Part shown: positions 1 to 8,486 of the stretch, piece by piece
How the letters are laid out: every line of letters starts with the position of its first letter
Position numbering within the stretch: position 1 is the stretch's first letter
Source of the DNA: Bacteriovoracaceae bacterium
GTDB taxonomy: Bacteria; Bdellovibrionota; Bacteriovoracia; Bacteriovoracales; Bacteriovoracaceae
Reading direction: 5' to 3'
Length of the DNA stretch: 24,506 bases
Assembly: GCA_041583335.1 (NCBI GenBank)
Contig: JBFHGF010000001.1
Location: 1 to 24,506, forward strand
Notes under the pieces: model-generated
The model's input: only the letters and a program-made list of their open reading frames with translations
The model's database searches: none
Told to the model about the DNA's origin: nothing
Program-made: the position numbers and the translations under genes

Positions 1-791
1 GCTCCAATAGGGAAGCCGCCTCCAAGACCTTTGGCCATCGTAACCACATCAGGTGTGATTCCATAGTATTCATAATGAAAGAGTTTACCCGTGCGTCCAA
101 TTCCCGATTGAATTTCATCGACGGCAAAAACTGCATTGTGTTTAGTGGCCAGTTCACGTGCCTTTGTTACAAACTCTTGAGAGGCGACCGAAAGACCACC
201 TTCTCCCTGAAGGGTTTCCATGATGATCCCGCAAACGTTGTCATCAAAGGCCTGCTCAAGGGCATCGATATCATTTAATTCAATATTAATTACTCCGGAG
301 AGCATTTCCCCGAAACCTTTTTGAACTTTTTCTTGTCCCGTTAGGGCCATGGAACCAAAGGATCTGCCGTGGAAGCTATTCACTAGAGAGATTACTTTTT
401 GCTTAGATGGAGAGATGCTATATCCGTGGGCCCTCATAAGTTTGAAGGCTCCTTCATTGGCCTCTGTTCCCGTTGAACAATAAAGCAAGCGGGAGGGAAA
501 GGTTGCTTCTACAATAGTTTGAGACAGAAGAGATTGTTCTTGGTTGAAGAAGAGGTTTGAAGTGTGTTGGATGCTCATCACTTGATCATAAGCAAGTTGG
601 GCCAGCTCTTTATTTCCATGACCCAGAGACATAACCGCAATTCCACTTAGGTTATCAATATAACTCTTTCCCTTTTCATCAAAGAGAATATCGTTTTCTC
701 CTTTTACAAACTCAACGGGAAAAGGATTGTAGTTCTGATAGCGATACTTATGGTCTAATTCTTTTACGGTTTCAAAACTAATGTCAGTCAT
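1..791 (-). CDS. argD: Acetylornithine aminotransferase (class III PLP aminotransferase), 3'-truncated by the window edge
   Basis: Not in the ORF track. Manual translation from ATG at 791 (GAGAG RBS upstream) stays open to the edge: MTDISFETVKELDHKYRYQNY...YIDNLSGIAVMSLGH...STGTEANEGAFK...SFHGRSFG...ETLQGEGG...DEIQSGIGRTG...TMAKGLGGGFPIG, including the PLP-binding Lys motif. Substrate within class III is assigned by resemblance. Confidence 0.85.
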   Translation of the reverse strand, partial: MTDISFETVKELDHKYRYQNYNPFPVEFVKGENDILFDEKGKSYIDNLSGIAVMSLGHGNKELAQLAYDQVMSIQHTSNLFFNQEQSLLSQTIVEATFPSRLLYCSTGTEANEGAFKLMRAHGYSISPSKQKVISLVNSFHGRSFGSMALTGQEKVQKGFGEMLSGVINIELNDIDALEQAFDDNVCGIIMETLQGEGGLSVASQEFVTKARELATKHNAVFAVDEIQSGIGRTGKLFHYEYYGITPDVVTMAKGLGGGFPIG

Positions 792-942
792 GCAAAGTCT
801 CTCTTTTTATAGGTTATTCAAAATTTGAAAACCCATTCTACATACTTTCAAACCAAGTGTTAAACGGCCATTAGGCTTTTTTAAGATTTCGTTAGCATCT
901 GATTGATTTTTGAATAGAGACGTGAGTTGACGCGAAGCTAGT

Positions 943-1380
943 CTATTTCTTTGAGGAACATTGGGCGCAAAGACCGGTCAATTCTAGGGTATGACTTTTC
1001 ATAGTAAAGCCTACTTTTTTGGCCATCTTCTTTAGTTGTTCATCGATACTGCAGTCAGTAAGGCATTCGACGGCATCGCATTCAATGCAAATAATATGGT
1101 GGTGGTGGTGGTGACCCTTCTTGGGCGCAAATTCGTAGAGCTTTATATCCTTGGAGGAGGGGACCGAGTGGATTAGTCCGGCCTCTTCTAATTTGGTGAT
1201 ATTTCTATAGATGGAGGATTCGTCCCAGGTGCTAAATACTTTCTTCTTTTTGAAGTCAAAAATCGAGAGTGGCTTTTTACTGGTCAAGTATTCACTAAGG
1301 ATTTGCTCACGTGCCTTTGTAAGCCTGAGGCCATGATCCTTGAGTATTTTTTTAATGGTATCCTGATTGGGACGACCCAT
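943..1380 (-). CDS. Fur-family transcriptional regulator (Fur or Zur-like)
   Basis: LRLTKAREQIL N-terminus, winged-helix SSIYRNITKLEEAGLI, HHHHHHIICIEC and C-terminal LELTGLCAQC (two CxxC motifs). Metal specificity cannot be fixed from motifs alone. Confidence 0.92.
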   Translation of the reverse strand: MGRPNQDTIKKILKDHGLRLTKAREQILSEYLTSKKPLSIFDFKKKKVFSTWDESSIYRNITKLEEAGLIHSVPSSKDIKLYEFAPKKGHHHHHHIICIECDAVECLTDCSIDEQLKKMAKKVGFTMKSHTLELTGLCAQCSSKK

Positions 1381-1391
1381 GAAAATCCTTT

Positions 1392-1410
1392 AATGAAGTG
1401 CGACTTCATT
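1392..1410. promoter_or_regulatory. Perfect 8-3-8 inverted repeat, candidate operator
   Basis: AATGAAGT-GCG-ACTTCATT lies 11 bp upstream of the Fur-family start codon, in the divergent intergenic region shared with the TonB-dependent receptor. Confidence 0.45.
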
Positions 1411-1614
1411 TTCTAATAGGCTTAGTGCGAAATGTGAATGGAAAAATATTTTACTCTTTGTGTCAAAATGTTCTTTATTGGAAATTGGGTAAATTTTACT
1501 AAATAACTAATTCTAATAGTTAAGATTAGATTGGCCATGAAATGTTGGGTTTACAACTCCCGACTTAAACCTTAATAACACGTCATCAATATTTTCAAAA
1601 TTAAGGAATTCCAC

Positions 1615-4116
1615 ATGTCTATCAAGCGCTCGATGTTTCCCATCGTGATTTTACTCTCAAGTATTCCCTCGTCTCTCACTTATGCTCAAGCAGCTGAATC
1701 TGAGCAAAGAATCGAGAAGATTTCTGTTACTGGCTCTTACATTAAGAAAATTGATGTTCAGGGGATCGCTCCTCTTGAGAATATCTCTAATGAGGAATTC
1801 ACAAAGAGAGGGGCCGTTGAAATTGGTGATGTGTTCAGAGAAACTCCGGCCTTTGAATCAGTTTATAGTGATGGTGGTCACGTACGTTTTCGTGGTCAAC
1901 ACGCAGGTAACGTTCTTATCCTTCTCAATGGTTTAAGAATGCCGAAACTTGATGGTGGTTATTACACTTCCATTAGAGATCTTCCTACTGCCGCCATTGG
2001 TAATGTTGAGATGCTTAAGGATAGTGGTTCGGCCATCTATGGTTCTGATGCCATGAGTGGGGTAATTAACTTTAAAACAAAGAAAGACTTCGATGGGGCA
2101 GAGGTAACAACCAGTATGAGTCGTGCTGAAATGACTTCTGCCGGTTTCCAGCAGAATTATTCTGCAACTTATGGGAAGAACTTCGCACGCGGTAATATTA
2201 TGGGAGTGCTTCAGTTTGAGAAAACAGCTGAAGTGAATGAGTTTGACCTCGGAAGTTACAACACACAACCTGATCGTTATGGAGCTGTGAAAACTTCTAA
2301 TGTGGATTTAGGAAATAATAGATCCTACGAAGCTGGAGCTCCATGTGCTGATGGTTCGGGTACCTGTCAGACAGATCCGCTTTTCTTTCAACAATCTCGT
2401 CCTAAGAACCACGATATCAGTGCTCTTCTTACTGGAGCATATGAATTTGATAGCTTTGATGTATCTTTCCTCGGTTTGTTTAACCGAAACTCAACGACTT
2501 CTCTTTCTAATCCACAGAGTGTGAAGTGGCTTGATGGAACGAATTCTTCCATTGCTGGTGGAGATTTAACGACAACTACTTATAACTCATACCTTAATGG
2601 TAGCGGAAACCTTGAAGTTAATGGCTCATTTGTTGATGAGCTTGGTGATTATATTACAGAGAAAGAGAGAAGTACTTACTCTTTTCAAGGTCGCGCAGGT
2701 GGTTACTTTGGATCAAGTGACTGGAGTTGGGAAGTTTCAACGGGAATTTCTGTTGCCGACTATAAGGCAACCGTGGTTAGTGGTGAGGCCAATCAAAATG
2801 CTCTTAAAGATATGGTAAAAGACGGAAGCTTCAACCTCATTGCAGCTCAAGGTTCAAAGTCCGATGTAAGTTCGGCCAAGATTAAACCCGTTTATCGTAA
2901 TAATAGCTTTCTTTTTCAGACCAGAGCAGTTGTAACCGGTGACCTCTTTGACCTAAGCTCTCTTTATTCTGCTGGTGGCGTCGTTAGTATGGCCGCCGGA
3001 GCAGAGATCCAAAAAGAAGATTTTGAATTTGATAATGATGCTTCTCTCTCTAATGGTACGGCATTGGCCCAAACTTCAGAGAACTTTTCAGGAAGTCGTG
3101 AGATTGAATCGGCCTTTGCTGAATTAAGTATTACACCTCATGAGAAGGTGGAAGTTTCTATGGCCTCGCGCTTTGATCACTATTCAGATGTAGGTAACAC
3201 TTTTAATCCTAAGCTTGGTGTTTCATACCGTCCTTGGGATTTTCTTCTTCTACGCTCTTCTGTAGGAACAGGTTTTAGAGCACCAGGGATTACCGATGTT
3301 TATGCAAAAGAAAATACAGGTCTTGTTGGCTTTACCGATGGAACCAATAGCTCTTTCGATTACTATACGGTAACTGAATACAATAAACCTGACCTCGAAG
3401 CAGAAGAAGCCCTTACTTATAACTTTGGTACTGTGATTCAGCCTTTTAAAAACGTAACTTTCCTCATTGATCAGTGGAACTATGAAGGGGAGAATGTCAT
3501 TACCAGTCTGGATGCGGATGACTACACCAATATCGAAAATAACTATGGTGCAGGAGTTCTTGAGGGAGTAGGGGTAACGGCCACACGTGATGGAAGTGGT
3601 AACCTAACTTCAATGAGAATTCCCAATGTGATCAATCTTGGGAAGAGAACACTTCGAGGTGTTGACGCTCAATTGGATATGAAGTTCAAAGCTTTTGCAG
3701 ATTACGATATCAAGTTTGGCTCAAACCTTATGTATATTTTCAAAAGAACAGATCAGCGTTTTAATTTTGAAAAAGAGTTTAAATACCAAAAGAGTTGGAA
3801 GAACAGAACCTACTTGGCCCTTTATAACCAAACTCATTATATGAGGCTCTCTGTTCTTACCGTTTCTCGTGATCGCCAAAATCAATATTCACGTAACGAG
3901 ATTGAAATCCCAAGTTACCATGAACTTGACTTCAACTACTCTCACACATGGAAATGGGGTGGAAAATTGACTTTTACAGTTAAGAACTTGGCCAACTCTC
4001 GTCCAAAGCCAAACTCAAACTTTAACCCTGTTCGTTTTGGGTACCTAAGTCAACAGCAGTCATCCTTCTCTCCTTTAAGAAGAAGATACTACTTAGGTTA
4101 TACTCATACCTTCTAA
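1615..4116 (+). CDS. TonB-dependent outer-membrane receptor
   Basis: Signal peptide, TonB-box-like EKISVTGS, plug motifs FRGQHAGNVLILLNG and VEMLKDSGSAIYGSDAMSGVINF, barrel motifs (RFDHYSDVGNTFNPKLG, LRSSVGTGFRAP), C-terminal YYLGYTHTF; AAGGA RBS. Confidence 0.95.
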   Translation: MSIKRSMFPIVILLSSIPSSLTYAQAAESEQRIEKISVTGSYIKKIDVQGIAPLENISNEEFTKRGAVEIGDVFRETPAFESVYSDGGHVRFRGQHAGNVLILLNGLRMPKLDGGYYTSIRDLPTAAIGNVEMLKDSGSAIYGSDAMSGVINFKTKKDFDGAEVTTSMSRAEMTSAGFQQNYSATYGKNFARGNIMGVLQFEKTAEVNEFDLGSYNTQPDRYGAVKTSNVDLGNNRSYEAGAPCADGSGTCQTDPLFFQQSRPKNHDISALLTGAYEFDSFDVSFLGLFNRNSTTSLSNPQSVKWLDGTNSSIAGGDLTTTTYNSYLNGSGNLEVNGSFVDELGDYITEKERSTYSFQGRAGGYFGSSDWSWEVSTGISVADYKATVVSGEANQNALKDMVKDGSFNLIAAQGSKSDVSSAKIKPVYRNNSFLFQTRAVVTGDLFDLSSLYSAGGVVSMAAGAEIQKEDFEFDNDASLSNGTALAQTSENFSGSREIESAFAELSITPHEKVEVSMASRFDHYSDVGNTFNPKLGVSYRPWDFLLLRSSVGTGFRAPGITDVYAKENTGLVGFTDGTNSSFDYYTVTEYNKPDLEAEEALTYNFGTVIQPFKNVTFLIDQWNYEGENVITSLDADDYTNIENNYGAGVLEGVGVTATRDGSGNLTSMRIPNVINLGKRTLRGVDAQLDMKFKAFADYDIKFGSNLMYIFKRTDQRFNFEKEFKYQKSWKNRTYLALYNQTHYMRLSVLTVSRDRQNQYSRNEIEIPSYHELDFNYSHTWKWGGKLTFTVKNLANSRPKPNSNFNPVRFGYLSQQQSSFSPLRRRYYLGYTHTF

Positions 4117-4144
4117 GTTAATGAAATAATTGATTCTTAAATAG

Positions 4145-4172
4145 GGCGAGGACTGAGTTCCTCGCCTTTTTT
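4145..4172 (+). terminator. Rho-independent terminator of the TonB-dependent receptor gene
   Basis: GGCGAGGA-CTGAGT-TCCTCGCC 8-bp stem followed by TTTTTT, about 30 nt after the stop codon. Confidence 0.85.
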
Positions 4173-4224
4173 GTACCTTTTTGCCTGACTTAGGAATCTC
4201 TAGGATTCAGAGTAAAATAGGGGG

Positions 4225-5157
4225 ATGAAAGTCATCATCTCTATCGTTTGCACATTCCTTCTTCTTTCCTCATACGCCAAGACCGGTAGAGGAGGCGACT
4301 ATTGTGTCATTCAGCAAAAAGCGGCCACTTCAGATTTCTATTGCTACGTAAAAGAGAGCGATCGCGTGATTGGAAAAAGCGTCAGCCCGCTAGAAGAATA
4401 TATGGTGAGAAGAAAACTTGAGGATAAGGGAGTGAAATTCTTTGACAAAGACTTAGAGTTTACAACTCAATTGGCCACTGATGCTTTCAAGGCCATTGCT
4501 GGCAAAATTATTGAATGTAGTGAGTCTGAAAAACTTGAGAAGGTCTACTACCAAGTCGATCAATTCAATCGCCTTCCGGCCAGTTCAGAAGCGGTTCAAA
4601 GTGTAAAAAAACTTGCTCGTGCTCTCCATAAGGCAGGAGTGTGCAATGTGGATGTGAAGCAACAGAGCTTTAATGGTATTAATATCTCTAGTGCCGATGA
4701 TGTTCTTCATCAATTCCTTTGTATCTCTAACTCTGAATCTGTTTTCGGAAGAGATAATATAGGAATGGGAGGCCGTGGTCCGTGGGGGATTCATCCTATG
4801 CATAACCAGGCCAAAGGAACGAGGGCATTCACTGGTGGAAAAACTGTAACTTTGAAGAAAAACGGTATCTGTTATGACTACCCAAAGGCCATTGTTAGAG
4901 ATGGAAATGGCGTTGAAAGAAAAGTGAGCTCTCTCTATCGAGACCCTGAGGTTCAGTACCAAAATGCAAGGTGTGCTCTAATTCTTTATAATCAGAATGG
5001 TTTTAGAGATTGGGGAACAGGTCAGTCATGGGGCTCAAATCGTCATTGTTCGGCCAGTACTCGCAATCGACTTGAGTTCAATAAGCACTTAGGTGCAGAA
5101 CTGGGTTGCTGTACGCAAAGCTGTAAAGATCGCTTAAGAAACGTGAAGCAACTCTAG
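4225..5157 (+). CDS. Secreted Cys-rich protein with a C-terminal lysozyme-like (SLT/Rpf/c-type) domain
   Basis: Signal peptide MKVIISIVCTFLLLSSYA; FLCISNSES (Glu171), GPWGIH and NARCALILYNQNGFRDW resemble the catalytic helix, the GxxQI-like strand and the C-terminal helix of lysozyme-fold enzymes. CDS is confident; the function less so. Confidence 0.6.
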   Translation: MKVIISIVCTFLLLSSYAKTGRGGDYCVIQQKAATSDFYCYVKESDRVIGKSVSPLEEYMVRRKLEDKGVKFFDKDLEFTTQLATDAFKAIAGKIIECSESEKLEKVYYQVDQFNRLPASSEAVQSVKKLARALHKAGVCNVDVKQQSFNGINISSADDVLHQFLCISNSESVFGRDNIGMGGRGPWGIHPMHNQAKGTRAFTGGKTVTLKKNGICYDYPKAIVRDGNGVERKVSSLYRDPEVQYQNARCALILYNQNGFRDWGTGQSWGSNRHCSASTRNRLEFNKHLGAELGCCTQSCKDRLRNVKQL

Positions 5158-5172
5158 TTGATCAGCTTATGA

Positions 5173-5817
5173 TTAATAACTCATATCGAGTATAAGCTGT
5201 AAATTGCGATCTTCTTTGTAGGTCTCTACGGCCGCATCGTATCCATCATCTGAGTAAAACTTAGAATACAATTCTTCTCTGAGCTCTTGGTATTTGACGA
5301 TGAGGTAGTAAGTTTGGCGATAGTTGATATTACCGTTTTTTCGCTCTTCGGCGAGGGTGTAAAGAATAGAATCAAATCTATTGAAGGCCTGTTTTTTCAA
5401 ATCTTCAGAAAGAGTTCCGAAGGGTAAGACCCTATTCCAACCATAGCCCCAGCGCCAACTGGTTTCAAGATAGGGCGTACCACCGATCGCGACCCCTAGT
5501 TCCATGACCTTTCCATGATTCTCTGTGGTTTCAGCGGCAATGCATTGGCGTAAGTTCTCATCGGCTATTTGCTTTTCTTCTGCCGTTCCTCCTATCCAGT
5601 AGCGCATATCATGAGCGATACAGCAGTGTACCCATTCATTAACTTCAGTAAGTGGATTTCCATCGGGATAGGCCGAGCATCCATCGGTTGAGAAATTACT
5701 TATTTGATAAGCTGGAATTTTGAGTTCTGCCTTGTAGCTAACGTGAGCGGCCTCGACTCCAGAGAGGGTAGAGGAGAGGGTAAGAAGGAGCGTAAGAGCT
5801 AAGCTTAAAGTTTTCAT
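5173..5817 (-). CDS. Secreted phospholipase A2-like protein
   Basis: Signal peptide; TDGCS, then CCIAHDMRY (CCxxHDxxY catalytic His-Asp motif) and ADENLRQC, plus WRWGYGW. CDS is confident; activity is inferred. Confidence 0.6.
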   Translation of the reverse strand: MKTLSLALTLLLTLSSTLSGVEAAHVSYKAELKIPAYQISNFSTDGCSAYPDGNPLTEVNEWVHCCIAHDMRYWIGGTAEEKQIADENLRQCIAAETTENHGKVMELGVAIGGTPYLETSWRWGYGWNRVLPFGTLSEDLKKQAFNRFDSILYTLAEERKNGNINYRQTYYLIVKYQELREELYSKFYSDDGYDAAVETYKEDRNLQLILDMSY

Positions 5818-6059
5818 AGGTCCATCATATAAATATTTAACGTTTTAATCGTCACCCCCTCTCCTTATTACATAGAGGTGCCAGCTTATTAACAGCGCTT
5901 GGAATCGTACTTTTAGCTAGTTACGTAAGATTAACCGAGTCGTTCCGCTATGCAGAGTTCGCTTTTACCTAATTGAGGGAATTGTTTCGAACACTCGGTC
6001 GCTTAGTACGTTATAAAGAAGACAACTTCAAAAACCCGAATCCCCTCTCTGGATAAAGT

Positions 6060-7190
6060 ATGCAATTAAGAAATGAATTGAAAAATGTAAAACGTGTCGT
6101 CGTTAAAGTTGGAAGCAATGTCATTACCAAGAAGAATGGCAAGATGGACAGTCGAAAAATGAGGGCCATCGTTGAAGATATTTGTGAGTTGACGGAGGCG
6201 GGAATCGAAGTGGTTTTGGTGAGTTCGGGTGCCGTGAGCATAGGTAAGCATTTTCTTAAAAAGCATGTGCCCAAGAAAGGAAGGATTGATCTTCAACAAT
6301 CGGCGAGCTCTATTGGGCAACCCAAGCTTCTTAATATCTACTCGCGTTTATTTGAAGAGAATCAGCATGTTTGCTCTCAGATTCTCTTAACCCATGATGA
6401 TTTTAGAAATCGTAAACGCTTTCTCCATGTGAAAAGGACTTTAGATATCTTACTGATGAATAAGGTGATTCCTATTCTCAATGAGAATGATTCGATCTCT
6501 TATTCAGAAAATACGGTAGGAGATAATGATCACTTGGCAGCTCAGGCCGCACAAATGTCTAATGCTGACCTTTTACTTGTGATAACGAGCGCTCAAGGGC
6601 TCTACGACCGTGATCCAACGATAGAAGGAGCAAAGCTCATCGCAAAGGTTTCTTACGGTGACAATATTGATCACGTGGATATGAAAGCAAAGACGGCCGT
6701 TGGTCGTGGAGGAATGGAATCTAAAGTCTATGCGGTAACCAAGGTTACTCAAATGGGAATTAGTGCGGTCATTTCTTCTAAAGATAATGAACGCATTATT
6801 ATCGACCCTTTGACGAAGTCGATTGGAACCCTCTTTGAACCGATGGATAATTATGATCCTGAGCATAGAAAGTCATGGCTGCTTTCCATGAAGAAGCATA
6901 ATTGTGCCATTGAAGTAGATAAGGGAGCTTATGAGGCGTTACTCGATGGAAAGTCTCTCTTTGCGAAAGGTGTGGTGACGACAGAGGGGAGTTTCTTTAA
7001 AGGCGATAGTATTGATATTTGCTTTGATGGAGAACCCTTTGCTTCGGGAATAACTGAATATGATGCCAATGAGATTGAGTTAATTAAAAGAAAACACAGT
7101 GATGATATTGAAGATATTTTAGGACATAAACAAAAGAACGAAGTCGTTCATACCATTAACCTAGTGGTTAGTGAGGAGGTAAAAGCATGA
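6060..7190 (+). CDS. proB: Glutamate 5-kinase with PUA domain
   Basis: VVKVGSNV, SSGAV, PILNENDSI, GDNDHLAA, GRGGMESKV and a C-terminal PUA-like region (VDKGA...KSLFAKGV...G.F.KGD); first gene of a proBAC arrangement. Confidence 0.96.
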   Translation: MQLRNELKNVKRVVVKVGSNVITKKNGKMDSRKMRAIVEDICELTEAGIEVVLVSSGAVSIGKHFLKKHVPKKGRIDLQQSASSIGQPKLLNIYSRLFEENQHVCSQILLTHDDFRNRKRFLHVKRTLDILLMNKVIPILNENDSISYSENTVGDNDHLAAQAAQMSNADLLLVITSAQGLYDRDPTIEGAKLIAKVSYGDNIDHVDMKAKTAVGRGGMESKVYAVTKVTQMGISAVISSKDNERIIIDPLTKSIGTLFEPMDNYDPEHRKSWLLSMKKHNCAIEVDKGAYEALLDGKSLFAKGVVTTEGSFFKGDSIDICFDGEPFASGITEYDANEIELIKRKHSDDIEDILGHKQKNEVVHTINLVVSEEVKA

Positions 7191-8434
7191 GTGGATTAGT
7201 AAAAGAATTGGCAGCAAATGCAAAAGTCGCTGCGAGAAATATTGTATCTTTAAACGCAGACAAAAGAAAAACAGTCCTGACTAAAATGGCTGATAAGTTA
7301 TGGGACAATAAATCTCTTATCATCGAGGCCAATGGCAAAGACTTAAACTATGCCGATGAAGTGGGACTTAATAGCGCGATGAAGGATCGTCTCAAATTAG
7401 ATGAAGACCGCATTAAGGCAATGGTAGATGGTGTTCGCGCAATTGCCGAACAGCCGGAAGTTGTGAATACCTTTTACAATGAATTTGTTAATGATGCAGG
7501 TCTTACTATCAAGCGCCAAAGGATTCCTCTTGGGGTTATTTTGATGATTTTCGAAAGTCGTCCCAATGTGGTTGTCGACTGCGCGGCCCTAGCTATTAAA
7601 TCTTCCAATGCCATTGTTCTCAAAGGTGGTAAAGAGGCTAAGTACTCCAATGAAGTATTGGGACAACTTATTCAAGATGTCATTTCAGATTATATCCCTC
7701 GTGAGAGTGTGCAAGTTCTCGCTTCTGATGACCGCAGTGTAGTGAACGAACTTCTCTCCATGGAAGAATATATTGATGTGGTAATTCCACGTGGAGGGCA
7801 TCGTCTAATTGAGTATGTGAGTGAACACGCTAAGATGCCGGTTATCGCTCACTATCAAGGTCTGTGTCATATGTACTTGGATGAAAAGGCCGATTTTAAT
7901 AAGGCCATTGACTTGGTGGTTAATGCAAAAACTCAAAGAACAGGAGTTTGTAATGCCATTGAAACTTTGATTGTTCACAATTCTTTAAAAGATACTCTAT
8001 TTCCTAAAGTAGTGAGTGCATTAGAAGATAGAGGAACAGAGATTCGCATTGATGCCTCAGTGGCGAAGGATTTTCCTAAACTTAAAGTGGCCAATGAAAC
8101 AGACTGGGCCACAGAGTACTTGGATAATATTATTTCGATTCGAATGGTTGATCATGTTGAAGGGGCCATTGAACATATTGCTCAGTTTGGTAGCCATCAT
8201 TCTGAATGCGTTGTCTCTCAAGATGAAGCGGTTTGTAATCAATTCTTATCCTCTGTAGATGCCAGTTGTGTTATGGTTAATGCCTCAACTCGTTTTAATG
8301 ATGGTGGCCAACTTGGCCTAGGTGCTGAACTTGGTATTTCAACCACTAAAATCCACGCTTACGGACCTATGGGGGCCGAACAAATGACAACTTCTCGCTA
8401 TGTTGTTGTTGGAGATGGACATATTAGAAAGTAA
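7187..8434 (+). CDS. proA: Gamma-glutamyl phosphate reductase
   Basis: PLGVILMIFESRPNV, VIPRGG, KTQRTGVCNAIETL, VNASTRFNDGGQLGLGAELGIST, HAYGPMG; ATGA overlap with proB. Confidence 0.97.
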   Translation: MSGLVKELAANAKVAARNIVSLNADKRKTVLTKMADKLWDNKSLIIEANGKDLNYADEVGLNSAMKDRLKLDEDRIKAMVDGVRAIAEQPEVVNTFYNEFVNDAGLTIKRQRIPLGVILMIFESRPNVVVDCAALAIKSSNAIVLKGGKEAKYSNEVLGQLIQDVISDYIPRESVQVLASDDRSVVNELLSMEEYIDVVIPRGGHRLIEYVSEHAKMPVIAHYQGLCHMYLDEKADFNKAIDLVVNAKTQRTGVCNAIETLIVHNSLKDTLFPKVVSALEDRGTEIRIDASVAKDFPKLKVANETDWATEYLDNIISIRMVDHVEGAIEHIAQFGSHHSECVVSQDEAVCNQFLSSVDASCVMVNASTRFNDGGQLGLGAELGISTTKIHAYGPMGAEQMTTSRYVVVGDGHIRK

Positions 8435-8486
8435 ACTTAGAAAAGTTAAAATAAAAAATAACAAAGACAGTGATAGAGGTAGACAG

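Noticed and set aside
75-278. 67-aa ORF on the + strand
   Set aside because: Antisense shadow of the argD-like gene, which has clear family motifs.
1512-1530. TCTAAT-N7-ATTAGA inverted repeat upstream of the TonB receptor
   Set aside because: Six-bp arms in very AT-rich DNA are expected by chance.
1682-2818. Short ORFs 1682..1936, 1933..2268 and 2597..2818
   Set aside because: Off-frame or antisense within the TonB receptor, with no recognisable motifs or RBS.
5871-5952. Lysine riboswitch or T-box upstream of proB (ATAGAGGTGC resembles the lysine riboswitch 5' end)
   Set aside because: The span is about half the needed length and lacks the other conserved elements; no T-box TGGNACC antiterminator motif is present. 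Kept only as an unclassified structure.
8400-8486. N-terminal extension of proC in the ORF track
   Set aside because: It overlaps proA and adds non-homologous sequence; ATG 8487 has an RBS and begins at the Rossmann motif.
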